Source: Candidatus Magasanikbacteria bacterium GW2011_GWA2_56_11
Lineage (GTDB): Bacteria > Patescibacteriota > Patescibacteriia > Magasanikbacterales > UBA922
DNA length: 54,914 bases
Reading direction: 5' to 3'
NCBI GenBank assembly: GCA_001004885.1
Contig: LCRX01000015.1
Span: 1 to 54,914 of the forward strand
The notes beneath the pieces were generated by a model. It worked only from the letters and a program-made list of their open reading frames with translations. It searched no databases and was not told where the DNA came from. The first letter of the stretch is position 1; every line of letters begins with the position of its first letter. The translations under genes were made by a program, and so were the position numbers. This document shows positions 18,936 through 27,398 of the stretch, in pieces.

Positions 18936-20024
18936 ATGACGTCTCTTGCCGGAGTACTCTGGTTGCCAATTTTTACTCGAACTGGGTACCCATACTTTAT
19001 CCTGAATTTGGCTTTGCAGGGGTATATATATGATATGCCGGCGGCGCTTGGCTGGGGGTACCGAGATCAGTTGTTGTGCTACCACCAGGACGTGGTCCGC
19101 TCTTTTTATTCACTCCGCGATAGCGATGACTTTAAGAAATTTATTGCCTCAAAAACAGAAGGGGAGATAAATGATTTGTTGTCGACAATTCTCGAAAGAG
19201 CCGACCGCCTGGAGTCTGTAAGCCGCATGATTGCGGACAAGTGCCGCGAAAATGCTCTGGTTGGCGAACCCGGATTGATCTTGCCCTGGCTTGAGGGCTG
19301 GGCGCAGGCAGTGCGCGGTTTGTATGCCGTTTATCGGCTGCCTACTCTGTTGGATGCCAATGCTCGCGGCAAATTTTCAGAGGCCGTTTGGATAAAAGCG
19401 CAACAAATAAAGGACCACTGCGGCCGTATCTTTGCGGCCGCTGATAAAAACGCCGGGCGGCCTTTGGCTACACTTATAGCCATGCCTATCACCCTTCCGC
19501 CAGAAGACGTTTTCTTGCTCTCGGCCGAAGAACTGGCGGCCTCACTACGCCAGGGGCGGTCGGCCATAACAGATGCGGAAATCGCGGCCCGCCGGGACAG
19601 ATTTATTTTGGGGGCGCTTGATAAGCAAATTATACGTTATACCGGCGAAGCGGCGCTGGTCAATGAACCTGTTGCCCGGATTCCGATTACACCTAGCGCG
19701 CAATGCGAGCTTAGGGGTACGGGCGCCTGCCCGGGTACGGCGACAGGCAAAATTCGGGTCGTTGTTAAAGCAGAAGATTTGGCTGCCAACCAAGAACCAA
19801 TAATTATAGTTTGCCCAATGACAACAGTCCAGTTTACACCCTATCTTGCCCACGCCCAGGCAATCATTACGGATGAAGGGGGAGTAACGTGCCACGCGGC
19901 TGTGTTGGCCCGGGAATTCCGTATTCCCTGTGTCATCGGCACCAAAATTGCCACCCAGGTTTTCAAAGATGGCGACCTCGTGGAGGTGGACGCCAACCAG
20001 GGCATAGTGCGCAAAATTCAATAA
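18936..20024 (+). CDS. PEP-utilising swivel His-domain protein, copy H (short class)
   Basis: LRGTGACPGTATG...DEGGVTCHAAVLAREFRIP; start at ATG 18936 (TTG 18921 alternative). Confidence 0.9.
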   Translation: MTSLAGVLWLPIFTRTGYPYFILNLALQGYIYDMPAALGWGYRDQLLCYHQDVVRSFYSLRDSDDFKKFIASKTEGEINDLLSTILERADRLESVSRMIADKCRENALVGEPGLILPWLEGWAQAVRGLYAVYRLPTLLDANARGKFSEAVWIKAQQIKDHCGRIFAAADKNAGRPLATLIAMPITLPPEDVFLLSAEELAASLRQGRSAITDAEIAARRDRFILGALDKQIIRYTGEAALVNEPVARIPITPSAQCELRGTGACPGTATGKIRVVVKAEDLAANQEPIIIVCPMTTVQFTPYLAHAQAIITDEGGVTCHAAVLAREFRIPCVIGTKIATQVFKDGDLVEVDANQGIVRKIQ

Positions 20025-20026
20025 AT

Positions 20027-21106
20027 ATGAACCCCAGAGATTACGAACGCCACCCGCGCGAATACACCTTTCTCGGCTTCACCTCCGTTGTCGAGGCACT
20101 GGTCGGAGATGTCCTGCGAGCGGCCTACGGCGGTGCTTTTTCCGAACTGATCTCAATCATGAAAGACGGCGTTTTCTATCATCTCCAGGCGGTCGGCGAC
20201 CGGGAGCGGGTAAGCCGGCTGTTTCTTGAGAAGGTAAAGAATGATCAGGTTGACCTCGAAGGACTGTATCGCGACTTTGACCCCCGCGTTAAAAAATACG
20301 AAGAACTCATCTACCAGGAGGTGGGCAGCTTCAGTTTTGAGACCTTTACCCTTTTTTACCGCTGGTACCAGGAACTTTTTCCGGTCGCGTTTACCGGTAT
20401 GGACTCCGCCGATTTTGTCGACGCGCTTTTGCCAGAGCAGCGGCCGGGATATATTGACTGGGCGACGAAAGTCAGACGCCGCGGCGAGCTAATTTACAAA
20501 GACGGCGAAATGAAATTTATTCCGCGTTACACCGGCTGGCTGGCCGAAAAACTGCCGGGCTACACGCCGGAAGAACTTAAGTTTCTTCTTGGCCGGGAAC
20601 TCAACGCGTACATAACCGCGGGCAGCGCGCTCCCTTCGGCCGCGGAACTGCGCGAACGCCAACGGGCATTTTACGTGCGGCAGTTTTCTCCGGGCTCACT
20701 GGAGCACGCGGCTGGAGACGAGGCTCTAAAAATTATCGAAGAAAATAATTTCCTGGCGAATCCGCGCGATAGTCTTGGTGATTTGACCGAACTTAAGGGA
20801 CAGACGGCCTATCCCGGACTGGTTACGGGCCGCGTCCGGATAATCCGCACTCGCCAGGACATGGCCGCCTTTGTCGAGGGCGAGATCATTGTCTCCCCGA
20901 TGACCGAACCTAGTTATCTCCCCATCATGAAACGGGCCGCGGCTTTTGTTACTAACGAGGGCGGACTCCTCTGCCATGCCGCCATCGTGGCGCGGGAGCT
21001 TAAAAAGCCGTGTATCGTTGGTACGCGAATAGCGACCGCCGTGCTCAAAGACGGCGATCGGGTTGAAGTCGATGCTGTTTCCGGAATTGTGAGAAAGCTT
21101 GTATAA
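20027..21106 (+). CDS. PEP-utilising swivel His-domain protein, copy I (short class)
   Basis: LKGQTAYPG...NEGGLLCHAAIVARELKKP; start at ATG 20027, 2 nt after the copy H stop. Confidence 0.9.
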   Translation: MNPRDYERHPREYTFLGFTSVVEALVGDVLRAAYGGAFSELISIMKDGVFYHLQAVGDRERVSRLFLEKVKNDQVDLEGLYRDFDPRVKKYEELIYQEVGSFSFETFTLFYRWYQELFPVAFTGMDSADFVDALLPEQRPGYIDWATKVRRRGELIYKDGEMKFIPRYTGWLAEKLPGYTPEELKFLLGRELNAYITAGSALPSAAELRERQRAFYVRQFSPGSLEHAAGDEALKIIEENNFLANPRDSLGDLTELKGQTAYPGLVTGRVRIIRTRQDMAAFVEGEIIVSPMTEPSYLPIMKRAAAFVTNEGGLLCHAAIVARELKKPCIVGTRIATAVLKDGDRVEVDAVSGIVRKLV

Positions 21107-21198
21107 TACGCGTGTACTAAATTTATGCGCATCATAATGGTGGAAGTGGACGGGGACAATGGGACGATAAAAAGTTAAGCTAGCTATTTACGGGCCGT

Positions 21199-21801
21199 AT
21201 GATAAGGCTAATCATCCTCGACGCGCACGGCGTGTTATTCCGCGGCGGCTACCCCGCCACTGCCCGGGTTTTGGCCAAAAGGTTTCATCACCGAGAGGAA
21301 GACGTCTATGCGGTTATATACACCAAATATCTGAACCAGGCGGCACTTAAGAAAATAACTCAGCGCGCTGCCTGGCAAAAAGCCATTTCCGAACTGGAAC
21401 TTCCGCTTACAGTGGCGGAAATTAAAGCGGTTCATTACGGCGAGCTCGAGCCCAACCGGCCGGTGATCGGTTATGTCCGCCGCCTTCAGCAGAAATTCCG
21501 GACCATCATGTTGACTAAAAATACCCGCAGCCAGCTGGCCGAGATAAATGCCATCTATCCAGAAGTTGGCGATCTGTTTAAAAGAGGAGATGTGGTCAAT
21601 ACTTGGGAGTACAATTTGCCCAAAGCCAGCCGGGAAACAGTCCTGTTTGTCTCCCGCCGCTTCGGGGTTAAACCCGCGGAAATGGTGTATATCGATGACC
21701 AGGAGGCGAATTTGTCGGACGCGCAGCGTATGGGGGTGCGTACGGTGCTGTATAAAACATACAATCAGTTTCGCCGAGATTTAAATAGTTTAATTTCCTA
21801 A
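21199..21801 (+). CDS. HAD-superfamily hydrolase
   Basis: IILDAHGVL motif I (D+2 position is His), MLTKN motif II, LPK motif III, YIDD motif IV. Confidence 0.85.
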   Translation: MIRLIILDAHGVLFRGGYPATARVLAKRFHHREEDVYAVIYTKYLNQAALKKITQRAAWQKAISELELPLTVAEIKAVHYGELEPNRPVIGYVRRLQQKFRTIMLTKNTRSQLAEINAIYPEVGDLFKRGDVVNTWEYNLPKASRETVLFVSRRFGVKPAEMVYIDDQEANLSDAQRMGVRTVLYKTYNQFRRDLNSLIS

Positions 21802-21810
21802 CACCGCGAT

Positions 21811-23328
21811 ATGTCCCTTATCTACCAGCCGGCCGATTATCTTTTCGCCTCGCAACGCCAGCGGGTTAGCCCGTTTCCAAACTATCTGTCCATGGAAGCG
21901 GTCTGTAAAGAAATGAAGCGCTATACGGGATTTAAAGCCTGGGACATCATGCTCATCGCGACGGGCAATGTGTTCTCTTTTTTCCAGGGCAAAGCAGGCC
22001 GGGAGGCGGTCGGGCCGGGGATGGCGGCCAAGGCGGCAGTACCCGGACTTTATAAAAAACTGGTGACGGTCGAACGACAGACCGGCACAAAGTTGGTCAA
22101 GGATACTCACTCCGCCCACCAGACACTTAAGCGCCGGTCAGACGTTACGCCGCTTCAGCTGGCGCGCTGGTTTGAACAATACGAAAAAAATTACAAGGCG
22201 GCCTACGGAGCCTACGGCTGGGTCTGGATGGCCGAAGAATACCTCATGGGTGATCTATTTTCGATCGTGTCTAAACGAGTGAAAGACGCCGGCGACGCCT
22301 CGGATGTCCTAAATATCCTGACCAAACAGCCGCTGGCCATGGTCGCGACCCTGGAGCGCCGGGTTTTCCTAGAGCTCGCGGCGGCCATTTCCAGGCGGTC
22401 CGCCTGGAAGAAGCTGCTGGTTAGCGGGCCGCGGGAAGAAATAAGCCGCGTATCGGAGCTTGATAAATTAATCCAAAAGCACGAACGTGATTTTTTCTGG
22501 GTTACCCGCGACTATGAGGATCCGATCATCAGCTACGAAATCATTGCCGAACGGCTAAAGGACGCACTTCAGGCCGATCCCAAAGCTCAACTACAGTCAC
22601 TGAATCGGGAACTGAAGAACGACCTGGTCGAGCGCCAACGCCAGGAAAAAACGCTTCGGCTCACTGCCGAGGAGCGTCGCCTGTTTGCCTCCATGCGCGA
22701 TGCCGCCAACCTAAAGGAGCTGCGCAAGCGTTATGTCTCGGCCTCGTTGTATTACTTCGATACCGTGCTTGCCGAGATCGGGCGGCGCACCTATATGAGC
22801 ATTAAGCAGGTGCGGTTTATGCGCACCTGCGACGCGCGCCGGGCTCTGTTGGAGGGAGAAGACCTGACCGGCGAGATCAACGAACGGTATAAACTTTCCG
22901 TTTGGCACACGCATGACGGCAGCGAAACCGTGGTGCACACCGGGAAAGTGGCGGCGGAACATTTCGCGGTTTTCTGCGCCGTAGACAAAAACACGACCGA
23001 GTTTACCGGCCTGCCCGTATCGCCGGGAAAAGCCGAAGGTCCGGTGAAGATCGTGCTCAACCCCGACGAGTGTACCAAGGTTGAGAAAGGGGACATCATC
23101 GTCAGCATCCAGGTAGTCCCGAGCTTTTCGACCGCCATAATCAAGTCCGCTGGAATAATTTGCGACGGCGGACACGGAATTACTTCCCATCCCGCCACCC
23201 TGGCCCGCGAGGCCGGTGTGCCCTGCATTATCCAGACGCGCTTCGCGCGCGAGATTCTGCGGGACGGTGATATCGTAGAAGTAGACGGATATAAAGGGCT
23301 GGCCAGGATTGTGAAAAGAAAATCCTAA
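21811..23328 (+). CDS. PEP-utilising swivel His-domain protein, copy K (long class, divergent active loop)
   Basis: FFWVTRDYEDP, KELRK; FTGLPVSPG...CDGGHGITSHPATLAREAGVP. Confidence 0.88.
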   Translation: MSLIYQPADYLFASQRQRVSPFPNYLSMEAVCKEMKRYTGFKAWDIMLIATGNVFSFFQGKAGREAVGPGMAAKAAVPGLYKKLVTVERQTGTKLVKDTHSAHQTLKRRSDVTPLQLARWFEQYEKNYKAAYGAYGWVWMAEEYLMGDLFSIVSKRVKDAGDASDVLNILTKQPLAMVATLERRVFLELAAAISRRSAWKKLLVSGPREEISRVSELDKLIQKHERDFFWVTRDYEDPIISYEIIAERLKDALQADPKAQLQSLNRELKNDLVERQRQEKTLRLTAEERRLFASMRDAANLKELRKRYVSASLYYFDTVLAEIGRRTYMSIKQVRFMRTCDARRALLEGEDLTGEINERYKLSVWHTHDGSETVVHTGKVAAEHFAVFCAVDKNTTEFTGLPVSPGKAEGPVKIVLNPDECTKVEKGDIIVSIQVVPSFSTAIIKSAGIICDGGHGITSHPATLAREAGVPCIIQTRFAREILRDGDIVEVDGYKGLARIVKRKS

Positions 23329-23344
23329 ATCGCGACGATAATAA

Positions 23345-23374
23345 TACTCCCGCCCTTATATAGTGGGGAGTTTT
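23345..23374 (+). terminator. probable terminator closing the array
   Basis: actccc..gggagt hairpin followed by tttt, between convergent genes. Confidence 0.5.
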
Positions 23375-23425
23375 ATGGTTTTATGATTCTAAATTGCCGA
23401 TCTGTCTTAAACGGCTGCTGGCCGC

Positions 23426-25363
23426 TTATTCTATTTGTTGCTCGATTTTCTCTCCCCAAACAGCGAAACCGGGCTGGCTGTTTAGCTTAAAGTCTACCTT
23501 AAACCCTTCGCAATTTTCTACTTCGCCTTTGCGGTCGACTACCGATGAACCGGTGAACTCATTGATCGTGGCCTCGATTGCTGAGGCATTGGCCGCGGAA
23601 ATAGACACAATGCGTTTGTCCGGGCCTAGTTGCCCGGCTAGCATCGGGAGGTTTTTCTGGGCATTTTCCATCCCCGTTCTTACCCTGGCAGCCACTTCTC
23701 CAGGTTTCTCGACCTCGTCTGGCCAGTCGCCCAAAAACCAAGCGGCGACTCTTTTGTCCGCGATGGCGTCCGGTATGCCCAGTTTTTCATGCACTTCCGG
23801 TTTGCTGAGCTGTTTCTTAACATCATCCGGGATCCGGGCGGACTCGATCCGGCTATATGGCCGGGAGGCAGGTTCCGGGGAGATATTAACGCCTGTTTCC
23901 GCCGGCTGGCGCGTACCAGATTCCAATTTAACCGGCCGAAAAAATATAAAGCCTGCCTCCCTTAACCTTTCGCCCAGACGCATGACGGTTACGTTCGCCC
24001 GGTGGTTGCCGCTGTCGAGGAGCTGGATGATATCGGTTTTCGGATTCAATTCCTGTCGAAGTCTTTCCGCAGCTTCATCTACTTGGCGTTCGCCCTGGGC
24101 CGTAAGCCCGCGATTAGGATCCAATTTATTTTCCGTGGTTTCGCCGTGGCGCAAAATATAGGCCGTTACGACCGGAGTTTCCCTTTCGCCGCGGCTTTCT
24201 ATAGCGGGTCCCTCATGATGGGTACTTAACGACGATACGCCCATTGCTTCCAAGTTTTTTATCTCCCCCTCAGTGAGGCCGGTGTCGGCGAGTTTTACAC
24301 CCTCAGCGTTGAGCCTCTGAATTAGAGCCTGCGCCCGGCCGGACGCCGCTGTATTATCAAGTTCGGAATAAAGGAGTGTTGCTCTCGCTTCCGAGGCGGC
24401 TGGGATAGAGTCTGCTGCCTCACGCCCGCGTTCTCTGTATTCGGTGATCAGCTGGGCTAATTGCCAGGAATCAACCGGATATCTTTGACCGCGAACAAGG
24501 GCCTCGATTGGCAAAAGATTGCCGTCATCGTCCCGCCTAATATCGAAGTCGACACTCTCTCCGGGCGAAAGCGCTCCGCGCAATTCCCCAACTGAAATGT
24601 GATGGCCGAGTTCTTTCCGGTCTCTGATGACCTGGGTCAGTAAGCACTCAATTTTCGGACCATGTGTAAAGTTGTTCACCTTTACGTCAAGGCCCGAATA
24701 GAGCTTACCCGACATCCGCACTCCGGAAAGCAAACGGTGCGCCATCTCCGCGGCGGTTTCGCGAGGAGTATCCACGCCCTGCTCAGTAAATACCTCGTCT
24801 GGCTGTTCCATATACTGACCGATTGCCCATTTTTCAAGATCGGAGGCCGGCAGACTGCCTTCATCGACCAGTTTTTTACCTTTGGCCAGGATCGGCTTTA
24901 GCACCTTTCCGACATCCCATACCGGATCTAAATCCGGCATGGCATACACGCCGTATTCATGCAACGTAGTTCCCTCGCTGCCGTCCTTGTTTATTATCTC
25001 CGTGAAGTTATTTTCATTTACCTCACGTACCTTGCGGATCGCAGCGTTTAGTTCACCGATGTAAGTTTCATCGACTCCCGCCATATATGCTTTGGCTGTT
25101 TGTCGTGCGCGCTTAACATTTTTGCTGCCCGTTACCAAGAGGAAGTGTGCATCCGCCTCCTTTCGACCACGATATTTAGCATTGTCGAGACCCTCTGGCA
25201 GGATATAATCTGCCGACATCCCCTCCGGGGTTTTGCCGGGTTTTTCGTGGCGTGTAAAACTGAACGTAACCTGCGTGCCGCGCCCCTGTTCTTTATTTTC
25301 TGGGCTTTTTTCCGCGTCGGCGGCTCGGTGGGCATGGTACCGTTCCAGGAAACCTTCGGACAT
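23426..25363 (-). CDS. protein with two histidine-phosphatase-superfamily domains
   Basis: N-domain FTRHEK..S..KRARQTA..FTHG; C-domain ILRHGET..LTAQG..Q..S.NHRA; start taken at MSEGF (25363) behind a TTGCCA-N17-TACAAT promoter. Confidence 0.75.
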   Translation of the reverse strand: MSEGFLERYHAHRAADAEKSPENKEQGRGTQVTFSFTRHEKPGKTPEGMSADYILPEGLDNAKYRGRKEADAHFLLVTGSKNVKRARQTAKAYMAGVDETYIGELNAAIRKVREVNENNFTEIINKDGSEGTTLHEYGVYAMPDLDPVWDVGKVLKPILAKGKKLVDEGSLPASDLEKWAIGQYMEQPDEVFTEQGVDTPRETAAEMAHRLLSGVRMSGKLYSGLDVKVNNFTHGPKIECLLTQVIRDRKELGHHISVGELRGALSPGESVDFDIRRDDDGNLLPIEALVRGQRYPVDSWQLAQLITEYRERGREAADSIPAASEARATLLYSELDNTAASGRAQALIQRLNAEGVKLADTGLTEGEIKNLEAMGVSSLSTHHEGPAIESRGERETPVVTAYILRHGETTENKLDPNRGLTAQGERQVDEAAERLRQELNPKTDIIQLLDSGNHRANVTVMRLGERLREAGFIFFRPVKLESGTRQPAETGVNISPEPASRPYSRIESARIPDDVKKQLSKPEVHEKLGIPDAIADKRVAAWFLGDWPDEVEKPGEVAARVRTGMENAQKNLPMLAGQLGPDKRIVSISAANASAIEATINEFTGSSVVDRKGEVENCEGFKVDFKLNSQPGFAVWGEKIEQQIE

Positions 25364-25441
25364 ACGTATAGTGATTTGAGTTACTAGACTACAACTATTG
25401 TAACTCTTCAGTGTCGGATTGGCAATATCTTCGTGCACAAC

Positions 25442-25472
25442 AAAACCCCGTGCTTTATAGTACTGGGTTTTT
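25442..25472. terminator. terminator-like hairpin with T tracts on both strands
   Basis: aaaaccccgtgc-tttata-gtactgggtttt. Confidence 0.55.
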
Positions 25473-25782
25473 CTCTGTTTTCCTGAATCAGGAGTTCAGA
25501 GAGAGGTTGGCAGGGCGCATCGTGAGTGAGATTGCACACGCCCCGTGGAGTGGAAAGGTGTGAGGCGCGCAGTACTCGGCGCCACAGTGTCGCGTCCGGC
25601 CTTAGGCTCCAGCCATCGGCCTGGCGAGCTTTCATCCATTCGCCGCTCGCCAGCTGGGCGTTCGGACGCATCTCTACAAGAATTTTAAAGAGATGCGCCG
25701 TTTTATTTCGCGACTGTTAAGGCCGGCAAAGTAGCGGGGTAAACTGGGGATAACTTTCCAATTTCCGTGTACTTCGCGTATT

Positions 25783-25811
25783 TTGACAACTTAGATTAAC
25801 TGTTGGATACT
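25783..25811 (+). promoter_or_regulatory. sigma70-type promoter
   Basis: TTGACA-N17-GATACT upstream of ORF 25877. Confidence 0.55.
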
Positions 25812-25876
25812 TATCCCAACCGCGTGTTAATCAGTGCCGCGTTGCGGAGCGCAGCATCCCGGCTTTATTCCTAAGG

Positions 25877-26284
25877 ATGGTTATAGAACAGACCGAAACA
25901 ACCAAACTCGATTGTTTGAGCAATAGTGTCGGCACGCTGACTGCCGGAGTCGGGGATTTGACCGCAAAAATGGGAGATCTGACGGCAAAAGTGGATGACG
26001 TCATCGAAACAGTTCACTTTATAGTTCAGTTCATGCAGGAAAAAGTGGCCACGAAATATGACTTGGTCAGCGTGGCGACTAAAGACGACCTAAACAGCAT
26101 GGCCACGAAGGATGATTTGGCCAATATGGCCACCAAAGACGATCTGGGAGAGCTGCGCGCCGAAATGCATGCCAATTTTCGTGAGGTTAGAGTCTCGCTC
26201 AGTCGCCTCGATGAGAGAAGTCTCCCGGACGACAATGTCCTCGCTACAGAGATCGTAAAGCTGCAAAAGAGGAGAAAGGACTAA
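25877..26284 (+). CDS. coiled-coil protein with four 9-aa ATKxDL repeats
   Basis: VATKYDLVS/VATKDDLNS/MATKDDLAN/MATKDDLGE plus GDLTAK heptads; followed by a terminator-like hairpin at ~26310-26340. Confidence 0.75.
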   Translation: MVIEQTETTKLDCLSNSVGTLTAGVGDLTAKMGDLTAKVDDVIETVHFIVQFMQEKVATKYDLVSVATKDDLNSMATKDDLANMATKDDLGELRAEMHANFREVRVSLSRLDERSLPDDNVLATEIVKLQKRRKD

Positions 26285-26453
26285 ATGTTTGTCAGCTTTA
26301 GGCAAACAAAACCCCGCACTTGGGCAGTGCGGGGTCTTTCTCTATATTCCTTTGACAAGAAATCCAGAGTGAGATTCGACCGGCGGCGCTCCCATCCTAC
26401 GATGGTGAGCGCCGCCGGGTCGTCGGGCGATCAGGCGGGGTGGCTGGGCCCAG

Positions 26454-27119
26454 CTAGGCGGGCGGCTCGAGCGTGCCGAGGTACTTGACCTCGTCGCGGT
26501 CGCAGTCGAACTTCCGCGTGTCGTGGTCGTAGGTCACGATCGCGACCGTGAGGGTCGCCATGCTGACGGGCTCCGGGAAGAGCTCCTGGACGTCCGCGCC
26601 GGCGAGCTGCGCCAGCAGGGGCTCGATCCGGCCGCCATGGGAGCTGATCAGGACCCCGATGGGCTCATCCGTCGGGCTGTCCTGGCTGTCGGCCATGGCG
26701 CCCATGACCTCCATCACGAAGTCGCAGGCCTCGGTCCCCCGGAACCGGGTCTTGTCGGTGAAGGCCGGGTCGTACAGGATCGCACCCTCCAGGCTCCCGC
26801 CGTGCTTCTCAGCCGCGAGCTGCTTGAGCAGAGCGGTCTCGCTCGTGGAGAACGGGTACTGGCCCATGGTGATGTCCCCGAGGGCGCTGTGCGCCGACTT
26901 GAGCGGGAGCATCACCCCGGTACCCTCCATCAGGGCGAGCCCCCCCGCGATGGCGCGCGGGGCCGGCGAGCTGATCCACACCTTGAGCGGCGCGAGCTCA
27001 CGCTTCGCGAGGCGCTTCCCCAGCTCCCGGACCTGCGCGTAGTCCGCAGGGCTGACGACGTTGACGTTGTGGCGGGGGTGCCGGAGACAGAAAAGGTGGA
27101 AAACCGACGTGCGGGGCAT
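26454..27119 (-). CDS. histidine-phosphatase-superfamily protein (SixA/PGM-like), very GC-rich
   Basis: LRHP, ISSPAPRA, ISSHGG; start at ATG 27119 with a strong AAGGAGGA Shine-Dalgarno. Confidence 0.75.
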   Translation of the reverse strand: MPRTSVFHLFCLRHPRHNVNVVSPADYAQVRELGKRLAKRELAPLKVWISSPAPRAIAGGLALMEGTGVMLPLKSAHSALGDITMGQYPFSTSETALLKQLAAEKHGGSLEGAILYDPAFTDKTRFRGTEACDFVMEVMGAMADSQDSPTDEPIGVLISSHGGRIEPLLAQLAGADVQELFPEPVSMATLTVAIVTYDHDTRKFDCDRDEVKYLGTLEPPA

Positions 27120-27321
27120 GTCTCCTCCTTTGGAGAGGCCGTTTGTTCGATCCGTTAACGAGCGCCTTGCCCAACGGGACCCAGTACGGCCAAACTGGGG
27201 GAGAGAATCTTGGCAACCGAAGACTCTCTTCCCCAGTCTGGCTCCGCCTTTGTAATGATCGGCGATATGTTGAGGGAAAATGCCTAGTTTTAGGCTTTTT
27301 CTCCATTGTACATAACGCGCC

Positions 27322-27366
27322 AGTATAGCACGAAAACTTGCTTTTGTCAATAGATTGTGCTATATT
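27322..27366. promoter_or_regulatory. overlapping divergent sigma70-type promoters (phosphatase gene vs ATP-grasp gene)
   Basis: minus: TTGACA(27350-27345)-N17-TATACT(27327-27322); plus: TTGCTT(27338)-N17-TATATT(27361-27366). Confidence 0.65.
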
Positions 27367-27398
27367 TTGCTCATAAATAAGCTAAATCGGTTGGCTAT

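Noticed and set aside
27120-27350. 77-aa N-terminal extension of the 26454..27350 ORF
   Set aside because: A strong Shine-Dalgarno precedes ATG 27119 and the extension runs through the promoter region.
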